From a virus (Duplodnaviria; Caudoviricetes), in the IMG/VR virus record IMGVR_UViG_3300027974_000031, positions 1 through 64,000 of that record: a stretch of DNA of 64,000 nucleotides; one strand, given 5' to 3'. The position numbers were made by a program, and so were the translations under genes. The notes below the pieces were generated by a model. The model ran no database searches. It was not told the origin of the DNA and saw only the letters and a list, made by a program, of their open reading frames with translations. Positions 49,578-57,562 of this stretch are shown here, one piece after another (the first letter of the stretch is position 1; the number at the start of each line of letters is the position of its first letter).

Positions 49578-50366
49578 CTAATTTGTAAATTCAAGTTTTT
49601 TGTTGATAAGTTTTGGAAAACAGAAGTTCCAGACTGGAGCCGCTTGTTTCAAATATTTTACAAAATCGGCAAGTTCTTCTGGCTTGGAAGAATTAAAAGA
49701 CCAACTCATATCATCACACCCAAAAATATATACATGGTCATCATATACCCAAACACGCATATATGCTTCGTCACCAACAATTACTGGTTGTCCTGCATAA
49801 CGATCCGATTTAATCCAAAACTGTTCAACCACCCTTTCAGAATTTCTATTATAATATTCAGGATCATCTGTCAGGATTTCAGCATAGCAATTAATATCGA
49901 CTAAAACGGATTTGCGGGCCTTCTTACTCAATTTTCCATCATAGTTTTTGAAAAATTCATCTTGTCGTTTCATCATATCAAATGAACGTCCAGCACTTTC
50001 AAAAGAATCCTTTTTAGTCTGATTGAAACCAGTTTTCAACAAACTATCAGAAATATATTCTAGCCAACTAATCATTTGTTCGGTTGTTTCGGGAACAGGA
50101 ATTCTAAAAACATCATAAACATAGCTGAATAAATTATCAAAATAGAATTTGTCTTCTGCTGGTGTAATATCGAGTTTATTATTCTTACGACGATTTAGAA
50201 GTTCCATAATGATAGGAAAATCACAGTTATTATCCTGAATAAACTTCGCAATATCTTCGGGTGTCTGATATAGCGGAGGAAAATGGATAAAGTCGTTCGA
50301 TATATCGACTTTAGATAAGTCAATTTCACCGTCAGGAAGTTTTGGAAGATCGTTTTTCAGTTTCAT
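49578..50366 (-). CDS. hypothetical protein
   Basis: ORF; start probably at MKLKNDLPK rather than the TTG at 50435. Confidence 0.65.
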   Translation of the reverse strand: MKLKNDLPKLPDGEIDLSKVDISNDFIHFPPLYQTPEDIAKFIQDNNCDFPIIMELLNRRKNNKLDITPAEDKFYFDNLFSYVYDVFRIPVPETTEQMISWLEYISDSLLKTGFNQTKKDSFESAGRSFDMMKRQDEFFKNYDGKLSKKARKSVLVDINCYAEILTDDPEYYNRNSERVVEQFWIKSDRYAGQPVIVGDEAYMRVWVYDDHVYIFGCDDMSWSFNSSKPEELADFVKYLKQAAPVWNFCFPKLINKKLEFTN

Positions 50367-50376
50367 ATTACATTTT

Positions 50377-50580
50377 TTATTTTCTGTCACCAACAATTCC
50401 AATCCGTTTGCACCTATGTTTATTTGCCTTGGCAACCAATTCTTCTTCCTCGTTAAGGTCTGCCAAGGCTTTCCAATAAGCAGGATTCTTTTCTACTTCT
50501 TTAAAATATTTGGCAAATGGGTCATCTTCGGTAGAAAAATTAGTCTTAGCTAATTGCTGTATTGCGTCATTCCAATTCAT
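50377..50580 (-). CDS. small hypothetical protein
   Basis: 67-aa ORF. Confidence 0.6.
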   Translation of the reverse strand: MNWNDAIQQLAKTNFSTEDDPFAKYFKEVEKNPAYWKALADLNEEEELVAKANKHRCKRIGIVGDRK

Positions 50581-50584
50581 ATAA

Positions 50585-50824
50585 TTATTTCTTCGTTGGT
50601 GTTAAAAAGCATTCGTCCATTGCACATATATTAATGGTCTTCCCGTCAAGATTTAATACACCTCTATAATATGTCCTATTTCTACCTAAATCTTCTGTCA
50701 TACTTTCATCAACCACAAATTTGCAGCCATTCTGGTGTGTTTTATAATTTTCATCGTAATAATAAACAATTTCTCCATGTTTATATTTTGCGCGGGGATT
50801 ATCTTTTTGATATTTCATATTCAT
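50585..50824 (-). CDS. small hypothetical protein
   Basis: 79-aa ORF, TTGACT-N16-TATTAT upstream. Confidence 0.65.
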   Translation of the reverse strand: MNMKYQKDNPRAKYKHGEIVYYYDENYKTHQNGCKFVVDESMTEDLGRNRTYYRGVLNLDGKTINICAMDECFLTPTKK

Positions 50825-50885
50825 ATAATACCATTTTAGATCACAAAGTCAACATTTGATGTTGGGTTAGTATAAAAAAATAATT

Positions 50886-51269
50886 TTATTTTGTTTTTAG
50901 ATCTTCTAGTTCTTTTTGGTTAATGGTATAGGCTTTGATGGTTTCGTGGTTTAGTGAGTGAGCTTTTGCTAGTCTATGTACACCGTCAGCTATAAAGAGG
51001 CCGTCTGGGTATTTGACGATGATGATTGGGTATTTGAGGTCAGTTTGGTTGGCTCTTTCGATAAATTCTGGATGACCGGGTAGTTCTGATCCTTCTTCGT
51101 GTGGAGATGGTTCTAGGTTATGAAGAAGTTTAGAGATTGGTATTTCTTTTATTTTCTTATTTTTTTCTGCGTAGTTGACTATTCGTGGTACGGAGTAGGT
51201 GCCGTTGTTATCGGAGAAGGTTTGGTCTTCCATTCTGTAGGATTCAAAGAATTGTTTGAAGGTGATCAT
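50886..51269 (-). CDS. ParB/Srx-like domain protein with CTS-like leader
   Basis: DLKYPIII...IADGVHRLAKA; MITFKQFFES; TAAATA upstream. Confidence 0.75.
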   Translation of the reverse strand: MITFKQFFESYRMEDQTFSDNNGTYSVPRIVNYAEKNKKIKEIPISKLLHNLEPSPHEEGSELPGHPEFIERANQTDLKYPIIIVKYPDGLFIADGVHRLAKAHSLNHETIKAYTINQKELEDLKTK

Positions 51270-51423
51270 GATTTATTTAGTGGTTTTTTTATTTTTTAAG
51301 GTCTTGTTACAGGTCGAATATTTTTTGATAGTCATTTGGTTCCACTAGGTTTGATTCTAGTTCGTTTTGCATACAACACCATAATACAGGCTTTTTAAAT
51401 AAGTGCAACTTTATTATTTTTAT

Positions 51424-52134
51424 TTAAATAAAATCTTTTGCAGGAACATTCATATTGATCAGGATTTTTTCCACCCCTTTTGCAAAATAATTCAGATAAA
51501 AATCAGCATCATTAGTAGCATTAGCAGCACTAGCAGCATAAGAAGCAGCATAAGCAGCATTAGCAGCATTAGCAGCATAAGAAGCAGCATAAGCAGCATT
51601 AGCAGCATTATCAGCAGCATAAGCAACATTAGCAGTATAAGCAGCATAAGCAGTATAAGAAGCATTAGCAGCATAAGAAGCAGAAACAGCATTAGCAGCA
51701 TAAGCATTTTTTGCATTTGCTAATGTTTTTGCACCAACTAAATCATTTTTTAATTTTGGAGTAAACCAAAAATAATTTTGTTTTGATAGAAAATATGGAA
51801 GAAAATCCGTGCAGGTAAACATCGCCAGTTTTTCTAAAAATTCTTTTCGATCAAAGTTATCATCTGTTCCCAATTGGAGAATTGCCAGATTTCGCATTCC
51901 TCTCGACCGTGCAAAATCGGAACTCCAACTTGAATCATTTAGACGAATCTTCAACGCTCGGATAGCACTATCTACACATTTTGGATCATCTGAATGATCC
52001 AATCCGAGTGAATAGCATATTGCGGCTTCAACGCACATCTGGCCAGGAATCGGGTTTCCTAGCCCATGTGATAGACCATGTGACAGTGTTTCGTCAATTT
52101 TGGCGACCAATTCTTTTGTTATTTCGATGTTCAT
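51424..52134 (-). CDS. hypothetical protein with Ala-rich (AAYAA/AANAA) low-complexity tract
   Basis: GQMCVEAA...DDPKCV...RLND N-domain; TTGACA-N17-TATACT-N6-ATG. Confidence 0.8.
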   Translation of the reverse strand: MNIEITKELVAKIDETLSHGLSHGLGNPIPGQMCVEAAICYSLGLDHSDDPKCVDSAIRALKIRLNDSSWSSDFARSRGMRNLAILQLGTDDNFDRKEFLEKLAMFTCTDFLPYFLSKQNYFWFTPKLKNDLVGAKTLANAKNAYAANAVSASYAANASYTAYAAYTANVAYAADNAANAAYAASYAANAANAAYAASYAASAANATNDADFYLNYFAKGVEKILINMNVPAKDFI

Positions 52135-52140
52135 ATGTTT

Positions 52141-52169
52141 AGTATATTCTTAAATTGTCAGTTTGTCAA
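52141..52169 (-). promoter_or_regulatory. sigma70-type early promoter, leaderless (representative of many)
   Basis: TTGACA AACTGACAATTTAAGAA TATACT AAACAT ATG. Confidence 0.8.
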
Positions 52170-52222
52170 CTATTCTTCTGGATTATCACAACCAATAATC
52201 TCCACTCGCGAATCATCAAAAT

Positions 52223-52300
52223 TGGCACACCGGGAGGGATTCAAACCCCCATAAAATCTTCTTAGAAGGAAGACGCCTAATTCATTCGAGCCACCGGTGC
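52223..52300 (-). tRNA. tRNA-Arg(UCU)
   Basis: GCACCGG..CCGGTGT acceptor stem, anticodon arm TCTTC-CTTCTAA-GAAGA, T arm GGGGG-TTTGAAT-CCCTC, encoded CCA. Confidence 0.9.
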
Positions 52301-52323
52301 ATTAATAGAAATTTGTTACTCGT

Positions 52324-52527
52324 CTAGTCGTTTTTGAGTGCTAGGGCAAGATATAACAGGATAAAACCGGTTTCAAACTTACCATTCCACTGTTCAATCG
52401 GTGCATGATCTACAAACTTTCCGATAATTCCAAAAGCAAAGGATAATCCAGCACCAAAAAATAAAGTAGGTCTATCAACTTTCATAACTAAATATAATCT
52501 ATTTCTATGTTTATCAGATTCAAACAA
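52324..52527 (-). CDS. small membrane protein
   Basis: 67 aa with two hydrophobic segments; start uncertain. Confidence 0.5.
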   Translation of the reverse strand: MFESDKHRNRLYLVMKVDRPTLFFGAGLSFAFGIIGKFVDHAPIEQWNGKFETGFILLYLALALKND

Positions 52528-52536
52528 TTTGATTAT

Positions 52537-52869
52537 TTAGATAAACAGCTTTTGCAAGTCTGCCAATGCTTTAGACTGCTTATTCCAGAAGCTAATTGTA
52601 TCAATATAAAAATCTATATCATTTAATTGCGCATCTGTTAAATTCATTTTTTCGGATTGAATATCATCTGGAGTGATAAGTTCATCAATTTGAATTATTA
52701 GCTTTTTGATTTTTTCTTCTATGTGAAGACTTTTATTCCAACTAAGATTCTTGCATCTTGCTTGATAAAGTTTTTGACTTAGTTTTGCGATTTTCTTATA
52801 TTTAAGAACTAGCAAGGCTTGTTCGTTTTTAGTTAGAGTGTAATAAAGATTTTGAAGATAGATGAACAT
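52537..52869 (-). CDS. hypothetical protein
   Basis: Likely start MFIYL after TTGACA-N16-TACATT-N5. Confidence 0.6.
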   Translation of the reverse strand: MFIYLQNLYYTLTKNEQALLVLKYKKIAKLSQKLYQARCKNLSWNKSLHIEEKIKKLIIQIDELITPDDIQSEKMNLTDAQLNDIDFYIDTISFWNKQSKALADLQKLFI

Positions 52870-52902
52870 ATTAGAATGTAGGTTAGAAATGGGGTTTGTC
52901 AA

Positions 52903-53136
52903 CTAACTATTAATTTCGTTCAGAATGTCATTTTGAGTATTCTGGTCAAATGGACTTCCTCTATTAGGAATAGCGAACCATCCCTGATAGTTTCCGTTAT
53001 TAATAGAAATACAAGAATTTTGTTTCCTATTAATCTCCACATATGCGCCACCATATTTTCTGGAAATACGGTTCCAGCGATTTGCTTCTTTTTTGGTAGG
53101 TTTATTTTTAGTTATGTTAAAGAAATATTGGCTCAT
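52903..53136 (-). CDS. hypothetical protein
   Basis: Likely start MSQYF; upstream region is a near-copy of the neighbouring promoter. Confidence 0.6.
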   Translation of the reverse strand: MSQYFFNITKNKPTKKEANRWNRISRKYGGAYVEINRKQNSCISINNGNYQGWFAIPNRGSPFDQNTQNDILNEINS

Positions 53137-53263
53137 GTTGTAATATAGGTTAGAAATTGGGGTTTTTGACAACTAATTATTTTATTATATTCATCTTTTG
53201 GTTCAACGATTTTATTCGTCTTAACATCCTAAACTACGTGAAAGTAGATGAATTTCTTAGGAC

Positions 53264-53571
53264 TGGTCTTTCGCCTGTGACTCGAACACAGATAAACGGT
53301 TTCTGGTTTGTGTTTATTTCTAAACTCCCTAGACTATATCATAATCCTATTACTAGGATTTCGGAGGCTATTGAGACTTATTGTTTTCTTACTCATTCCC
53401 TAGTCGTTGAACCTTCTTGTTACTTTTTAGAATTCACAAGCTCGGCTGCTGATTGCCTTCATCATTACATGTTCAGGTTTCCAGCAATTCTTCCGATTTT
53501 CGATTAACATTACTGTTAAAAGTCACTATTTTATAATGAAACCGCCCCTTTCACCTTTAAGGTAGCGAAAG
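53264..53571 (-). tRNA. tRNA with CAU anticodon (probably Ile2), split by a group I intron
   Basis: Exon 1 53571-53536 and exon 2 53302-53264 splice to CTTTCGC TA CCTT-AAAGGTGA-AAGG G GCGGT-TTCAT|AA-ACCGT TTAT CTGTG-TTCGAGT-CACAG GCGAAAG A CCA. Confidence 0.88.
53303..53535 (-). mobile_element. group I intron (233 nt) after anticodon position 36
   Basis: P AATTGCTGGAAA, Q AATCAGCAGCC, R GTTCAACGACTA, S ATGATATAGTCT; exon ends in U paired to G in P1 (TCAT/GTGA); intron ends in G. Confidence 0.9.
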
Positions 53572-53674
53572 ATTTTTCTACTAACAAAGAACGAGTTTAA
53601 TAACTTGGAAATCAATTCCGCTAACTCTTTAACTTAACATCTAAACAAACTTTGTCAACTAACTTTTTGAAATT

Positions 53675-53759
53675 TGGTGTGCTAGATAGGATTCGCACCT
53701 ATTCACCCGAAGGAACAGATTTACAGTCTGCCGCTACTCTCTAACTTAGCCGCTAACAC
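53675..53759 (-). tRNA. tRNA-Tyr(GUA)
   Basis: GTGTTAG..CTAGCAC acceptor stem, GCAGA-CTGTAAA-TCTGT, long variable arm, encoded CCA. Confidence 0.9.
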
Positions 53760-53771
53760 ATTTAAAATTTA

Positions 53772-53882
53772 GGAGAAGATCGAACTACCATCTTAATTCA
53801 GAATATAGTCTTTTGGTTTAATGATTGGCGATTATTCAAATCCTATCATATTTTAACGGCCCGTTACCTACCGCTTATCTCC
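53772..53882 (-). ncRNA. candidate small structured RNA in the tRNA cluster
   Basis: Ends can pair (GGAGA/TCTCC); internal hairpins; T-loop-like AGATGGTAGTTCGATCT; no ORF. Confidence 0.35.
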
Positions 53883-53943
53883 ATTTTATATTACTCTATC
53901 CAACAAATTAACCTAATATTTCTCAATAAAGTTTTTATTTAAT

Positions 53944-54405
53944 TGGTCCCCTTGACAGGCCACGATCCTGCACATTCTTACGAATATCAGATTTTAAGTC
54001 TGCATCACAACTACGGTTTTCACCGCCATAAACGTTTAATTTGTAATTACTTACATTTCAAGTTTTACCGTTTTGTTTGTGTGCTGGACTATGCTTTCAT
54101 CTTTTAGTTTATTTCTAAATTAGATGGGTGATTATAGTCTCTGCACGTCTCCTTATATTAACCTTATCTCCTAGTCTGGATAGTAACTGATAACATAAGG
54201 CTTTATTAATTACACCATACTAGATTTAACGTCATTTAAGATTTCGCTCAACGTTGGGAGTTTTAGAGTTTTACGGACTTTTACCGTCATTTATGCGCTC
54301 TTGCATACATCTAAAATTAACCGTTCATTGAATTTACACCATTTAGATATAGATTTCTCTATAAATGCACCGTTATAATGCGTCTGCCAATTCCGCCACA
54401 AGGGG
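53944..54405 (-). tRNA. tRNA-Leu(UAA), split by a group I intron in the anticodon stem
   Basis: Exon 1 54405-54378 CCCCTTGTGGCGGAATTGGCAGACGCAT; exon 2 54002-53944 CAGA-CTTAAAA-TCTGA, variable arm, GCAGG-ATCGTGG-CCTGT CAAGGGG A CCA. Confidence 0.88.
54003..54377 (-). mobile_element. group I intron (375 nt) between tRNA positions 27 and 28
   Basis: P AAATTCAATGAAC, Q AACGTTGAGCG, R GTGCAGAGACTA, S AAAGCATAGTCC; P1 GCAT/GTGC with U.G at the splice site; terminal G. Confidence 0.85.
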
Positions 54406-54471
54406 ATTAACACTAACAAAAATTTTGTCAAAGAACAGTTTAAATCAAACTTGGGAAAATCTTCCCTTTAA

Positions 54472-54696
54472 CTATCTTAACTTATCATCTTTTAGCTCTT
54501 TGTCAAACTCTTCTTCAACTTTAGTGACTCGTTCAGCTTCAATTTCCCAAAAATCCGAGTCTTGATCTTCGACAATTAGATTACCATTTTCGCGAATATC
54601 AGCAACTACTGCACAGAATCCGCCATAGGTCCAAGCATCACTTTCGTTAGGCTCAGGCATTAACACCGTATCAAGAACATTAAATTGTTTATTCAT
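54472..54696 (-). CDS. small acidic hypothetical protein
   Basis: 74 aa; TTGACA-N17-TAATAT-N5-ATG. Confidence 0.7.
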   Translation of the reverse strand: MNKQFNVLDTVLMPEPNESDAWTYGGFCAVVADIRENGNLIVEDQDSDFWEIEAERVTKVEEEFDKELKDDKLR

Positions 54697-54758
54697 ATTT
54701 TATATTACTCTATTTCTGTTGGTTTGTCAAATGTTTTGGATAATCCATAAAAAATTCA

Positions 54759-55397
54759 TTATATTTTCTTTTGGTAAAATTTGTGTCTAACTACAGTTTC
54801 TAAATTAGTTTTTTCAGCAATCATGGGCAACATCTGGTGTCTAACCCAATTTCTTTGATATTTTAAATCATTGTTTGTTGGATCAAATACCACCCATTTC
54901 ATTAAATCGTTTTTCTCTGCCCATTCTACCATCTGTTCTTTGGTTGTCAACAAAAAAGGATGATAAATCGTAAAATTGGGAAAAATAGTTTTTTCCTGAA
55001 TTGGTTTATATTCTGGACAACCCTTGAGGAAATTCATAAAAAATTGTTCTACACAATCTCCCAAATTATGAGCAGTCACATAATTAGTATGCCCTGTTTG
55101 TTCAGCCATATAGGCCAATCTCCATTGTCTGAAATCGTTTTCGGTCTGCTCACCTATAGATTGCTCTACCGACCTTGTAATAAATTGGAATGGTAAACTA
55201 TGCGCCGAACAAAAGTCTCTAACTGATTCTTCCATTTGTTTATTAGCAGGTTGCCAATTATGGTTAAAATGAAGAACCTTGATTTTTAATCTAGTTCTTT
55301 GGCTTAACCAGTGACATGAAGAAATAGAATCAACTCCTCCACTAACAAGGAAAGTATATTCTTTTTGCTTATCTAATAAATTATTAAAAATTTTCAT
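54759..55397 (-). CDS. tilS: tRNA(Ile)-lysidine synthetase (minimal PP-loop domain)
   Basis: VSGGVDS PP-loop, HFNH, R..R, TAHNLGD..E.F.MN..KG, HPFL, DPTN.D..Y.RNWVRH; likely start MKIFNN at 55397. Confidence 0.9.
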   Translation of the reverse strand: MKIFNNLLDKQKEYTFLVSGGVDSISSCHWLSQRTRLKIKVLHFNHNWQPANKQMEESVRDFCSAHSLPFQFITRSVEQSIGEQTENDFRQWRLAYMAEQTGHTNYVTAHNLGDCVEQFFMNFLKGCPEYKPIQEKTIFPNFTIYHPFLLTTKEQMVEWAEKNDLMKWVVFDPTNNDLKYQRNWVRHQMLPMIAEKTNLETVVRHKFYQKKI

Positions 55398-55499
55398 TTC
55401 TATTCTTGTTGTCAAGCAAATGTTGCTCAAATTCAGTTAACTCGCTGTCCGCAAGGTAGATAAAGGTCATGGCTCAATATACTTCGATTTTATAATCTG

Positions 55500-55898
55500 T
55501 CAATAGATAAAATGCGGAGTTTCAATCACTCCAAAATAAGTATTAAAATCAAAAATTCCTGATTTTGCACATTTCAAACACCATGCCAATTCTTTGTCCA
55601 GTTTAGGAATAATATATTGTTTCCTACGTTTACCGCGCAATTCTCCTACAGAATATCTTTGATTCTTTTCTGGATAATAAGAAATTTCGGTTTCAAAATT
55701 GGTAGAATTTGCCCACCGATCAAAAGTAGGTTTATATGCAAATTGAACAGCCCATTTTTTCTCTCCCGGTTCAATAAATTTAGGATCAATAACTTTTTCA
55801 AAAATGCGAATATGAAAATGGGTAGTTTTTCCACAACCATACTCAAGTTTGATATTGTGGCGGCGAAATTCATCCAAAATAGGGCGAGGTAGCTTCAT
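55500..55898 (-). CDS. hypothetical protein
   Basis: Likely start MKLPRP; flanked by 20-bp direct repeats. Confidence 0.65.
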   Translation of the reverse strand: MKLPRPILDEFRRHNIKLEYGCGKTTHFHIRIFEKVIDPKFIEPGEKKWAVQFAYKPTFDRWANSTNFETEISYYPEKNQRYSVGELRGKRRKQYIIPKLDKELAWCLKCAKSGIFDFNTYFGVIETPHFIY

Positions 55899-55917
55899 AA
55901 TACAATATACTTCAATT

Positions 55918-56127
55918 TTATACTTCGTCAAGAATATAATCAACGCCATCATCAATTGTTAATGGCCAGTAATATTCCATTTCGGTAATTGATTCATATT
56001 TCCAATTCATTTGACTACAAAAATCTTTTACAGTTTCAATAGATGGAGCATTAATCCATTTAACTAGATGGTCGGTTTCATCCGTATTAGGATCAAATCC
56101 TTCAAGTGTGACATCAAATGTTTTCAT
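55918..56127 (-). CDS. small acidic hypothetical protein
   Basis: 69 aa; flanked by 12-bp direct repeats. Confidence 0.65.
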   Translation of the reverse strand: MKTFDVTLEGFDPNTDETDHLVKWINAPSIETVKDFCSQMNWKYESITEMEYYWPLTIDDGVDYILDEV

Positions 56128-56408
56128 ACTTCGTCAATCTTCTTTTTGCTTATCCAACAAATTATTAAAAATTTTCATTTGTTTTATCTAAAGCTTGTCT
56201 AACTGCCATAATTAGACTATCTGGAGCATTTCGTAATTATTCATTCTTTAATGAATGACATTTTTCGCTCTGCCCTTGTATTCACTGAATTATTTTTTAT
56301 ATTTTTTATTACAATAAAAAATATAAAAAAGTAATGTAAAAAAATAAAATTTTAAAAAAATTACTTTTAGTTTTTGTTGAAGAATTTTATTTATTTTTAT
56401 TGCTTTTA

Positions 56409-56636
56409 TTATGTTATAAAAGCGTAAAATAACACAATTTCATCAAAAGTATAATCACGATTATTTGAAATGTCAACATATTTCGCCTCTGTTACGCGAG
56501 GATATAAAAAAGAATTCATTACATTTGTTATAATAAGAATTGTTCTTGTTTTGTTACATTCAAGAAAAATTGAATCATCTTCTTGAATGTCTCGCCAGAA
56601 AACGTCGGTTTTTCCATTGTTATTAAGAGGATTCAT
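56409..56636 (-). CDS. small hypothetical protein
   Basis: 75 aa; ATGA overlap with the upstream ORF. Confidence 0.55.
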   Translation of the reverse strand: MNPLNNNGKTDVFWRDIQEDDSIFLECNKTRTILIITNVMNSFLYPRVTEAKYVDISNNRDYTFDEIVLFYAFIT

Positions 56637-56785
56637 TCTTTTTCTTCTATTTCTTTATGTTTAGGATTTCGATTGTAATCTTTAACACTTTTATGCTTTT
56701 GAGGAGGTAAAGGAAGTTCTTTACGAATTTTCTTTTTTAAATCGCGATCACGAATAGTTCCAACTTTATGTACTTTCTTTTTCAT
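56633..56785 (-). CDS. 50-aa basic protein with ArfA-like C-terminal motif
   Basis: MKKKVHKVGTIRDRDLKKKIRKELPLPPQKHKSVKDYNRNPKHKEIEEKE; below the ORF-track cutoff. Confidence 0.55.
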   Translation of the reverse strand: MKKKVHKVGTIRDRDLKKKIRKELPLPPQKHKSVKDYNRNPKHKEIEEKE

Positions 56786-56812
56786 CTTCGTATGATAACA
56801 AATCAATTGGTT

Positions 56813-57169
56813 TTATTTATGAGTAATAAATTTATCTTCGATGGTAAACTTTTCGTCTTCCGTAGTTTCTAATGTGTATAGAAAAGAATAAAAAGGTTTT
56901 TGTTTTTCTTGCTCAATAGCATCTGCAAAAGTTTTTACAAAAACATTAACTTTTTTACAAGTACCTTTTATTACAAAACGAACAATTCCGCTTTTTCTCA
57001 ATTTTGCTCTTTCTTCTACATTACTTTTTAGAAGCGGCAGCAACGGCATTTCCAACTTATCAATTACACATTGAAACTTTGGCGACTTGCCTATTACAGG
57101 AATTTCTCTAAAAAGATAGTTTTGTGCAGCTTCTAGCTCTGTGATTGAACGTTCGGTATTAGTTTTCAT
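56813..57169 (-). CDS. hypothetical protein
   Basis: 118 aa with a TTGACA promoter upstream. Confidence 0.7.
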   Translation of the reverse strand: MKTNTERSITELEAAQNYLFREIPVIGKSPKFQCVIDKLEMPLLPLLKSNVEERAKLRKSGIVRFVIKGTCKKVNVFVKTFADAIEQEKQKPFYSFLYTLETTEDEKFTIEDKFITHK

Positions 57170-57562
57170 AAGAATATTATATTAGCGAGTTTATTGTTTG
57201 TGTCAACTATTTAATTTGATAATGCGATTTGAATGCGATTAAATTCTTGTGAAATATGATAAATTTGAGAATCATATTCGTCTAGCTTTCTGTCAAATTC
57301 TTTTAATGAATAATATCTTTCAAGAATAAGATTTTCTTTTTCTTTTTTCAAACGTAATAATTTTTCTTCCAAAGTTTCTTTCATTTTTTTGAATTAATTG
57401 TTTCTCAAAAAGGCTTTTCTCTTCATCTGTCATATCAAAAGTAATAAGAGAATGAATTGATTCGACGGCTCTTCCTTTTTTCATACTATGAATATATCTT
57501 TAAATTGTGATTTGTCAATAACAAAAATATACTATTATATAAAGTTATAAAATGAATATTTT

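Noticed and set aside
51403-51723. ORFs 51403..51723 (+) and 51492..51716 (-)
   Set aside because: Alternative-frame readings of the Ala-rich tract in 51424..52134
53157-53507. 116-aa + strand ORF (also 54365..54565)
   Set aside because: Antisense to tRNA and intron sequence. Neither intron contains a sense-strand homing endonuclease ORF.
53533-53545. Reading the split tRNA as UCA (Trp/Sec/opal suppressor) or as initiator Met
   Set aside because: Group I splice rules and a 7-nt loop give TT-CAT-AA; initiator features are absent
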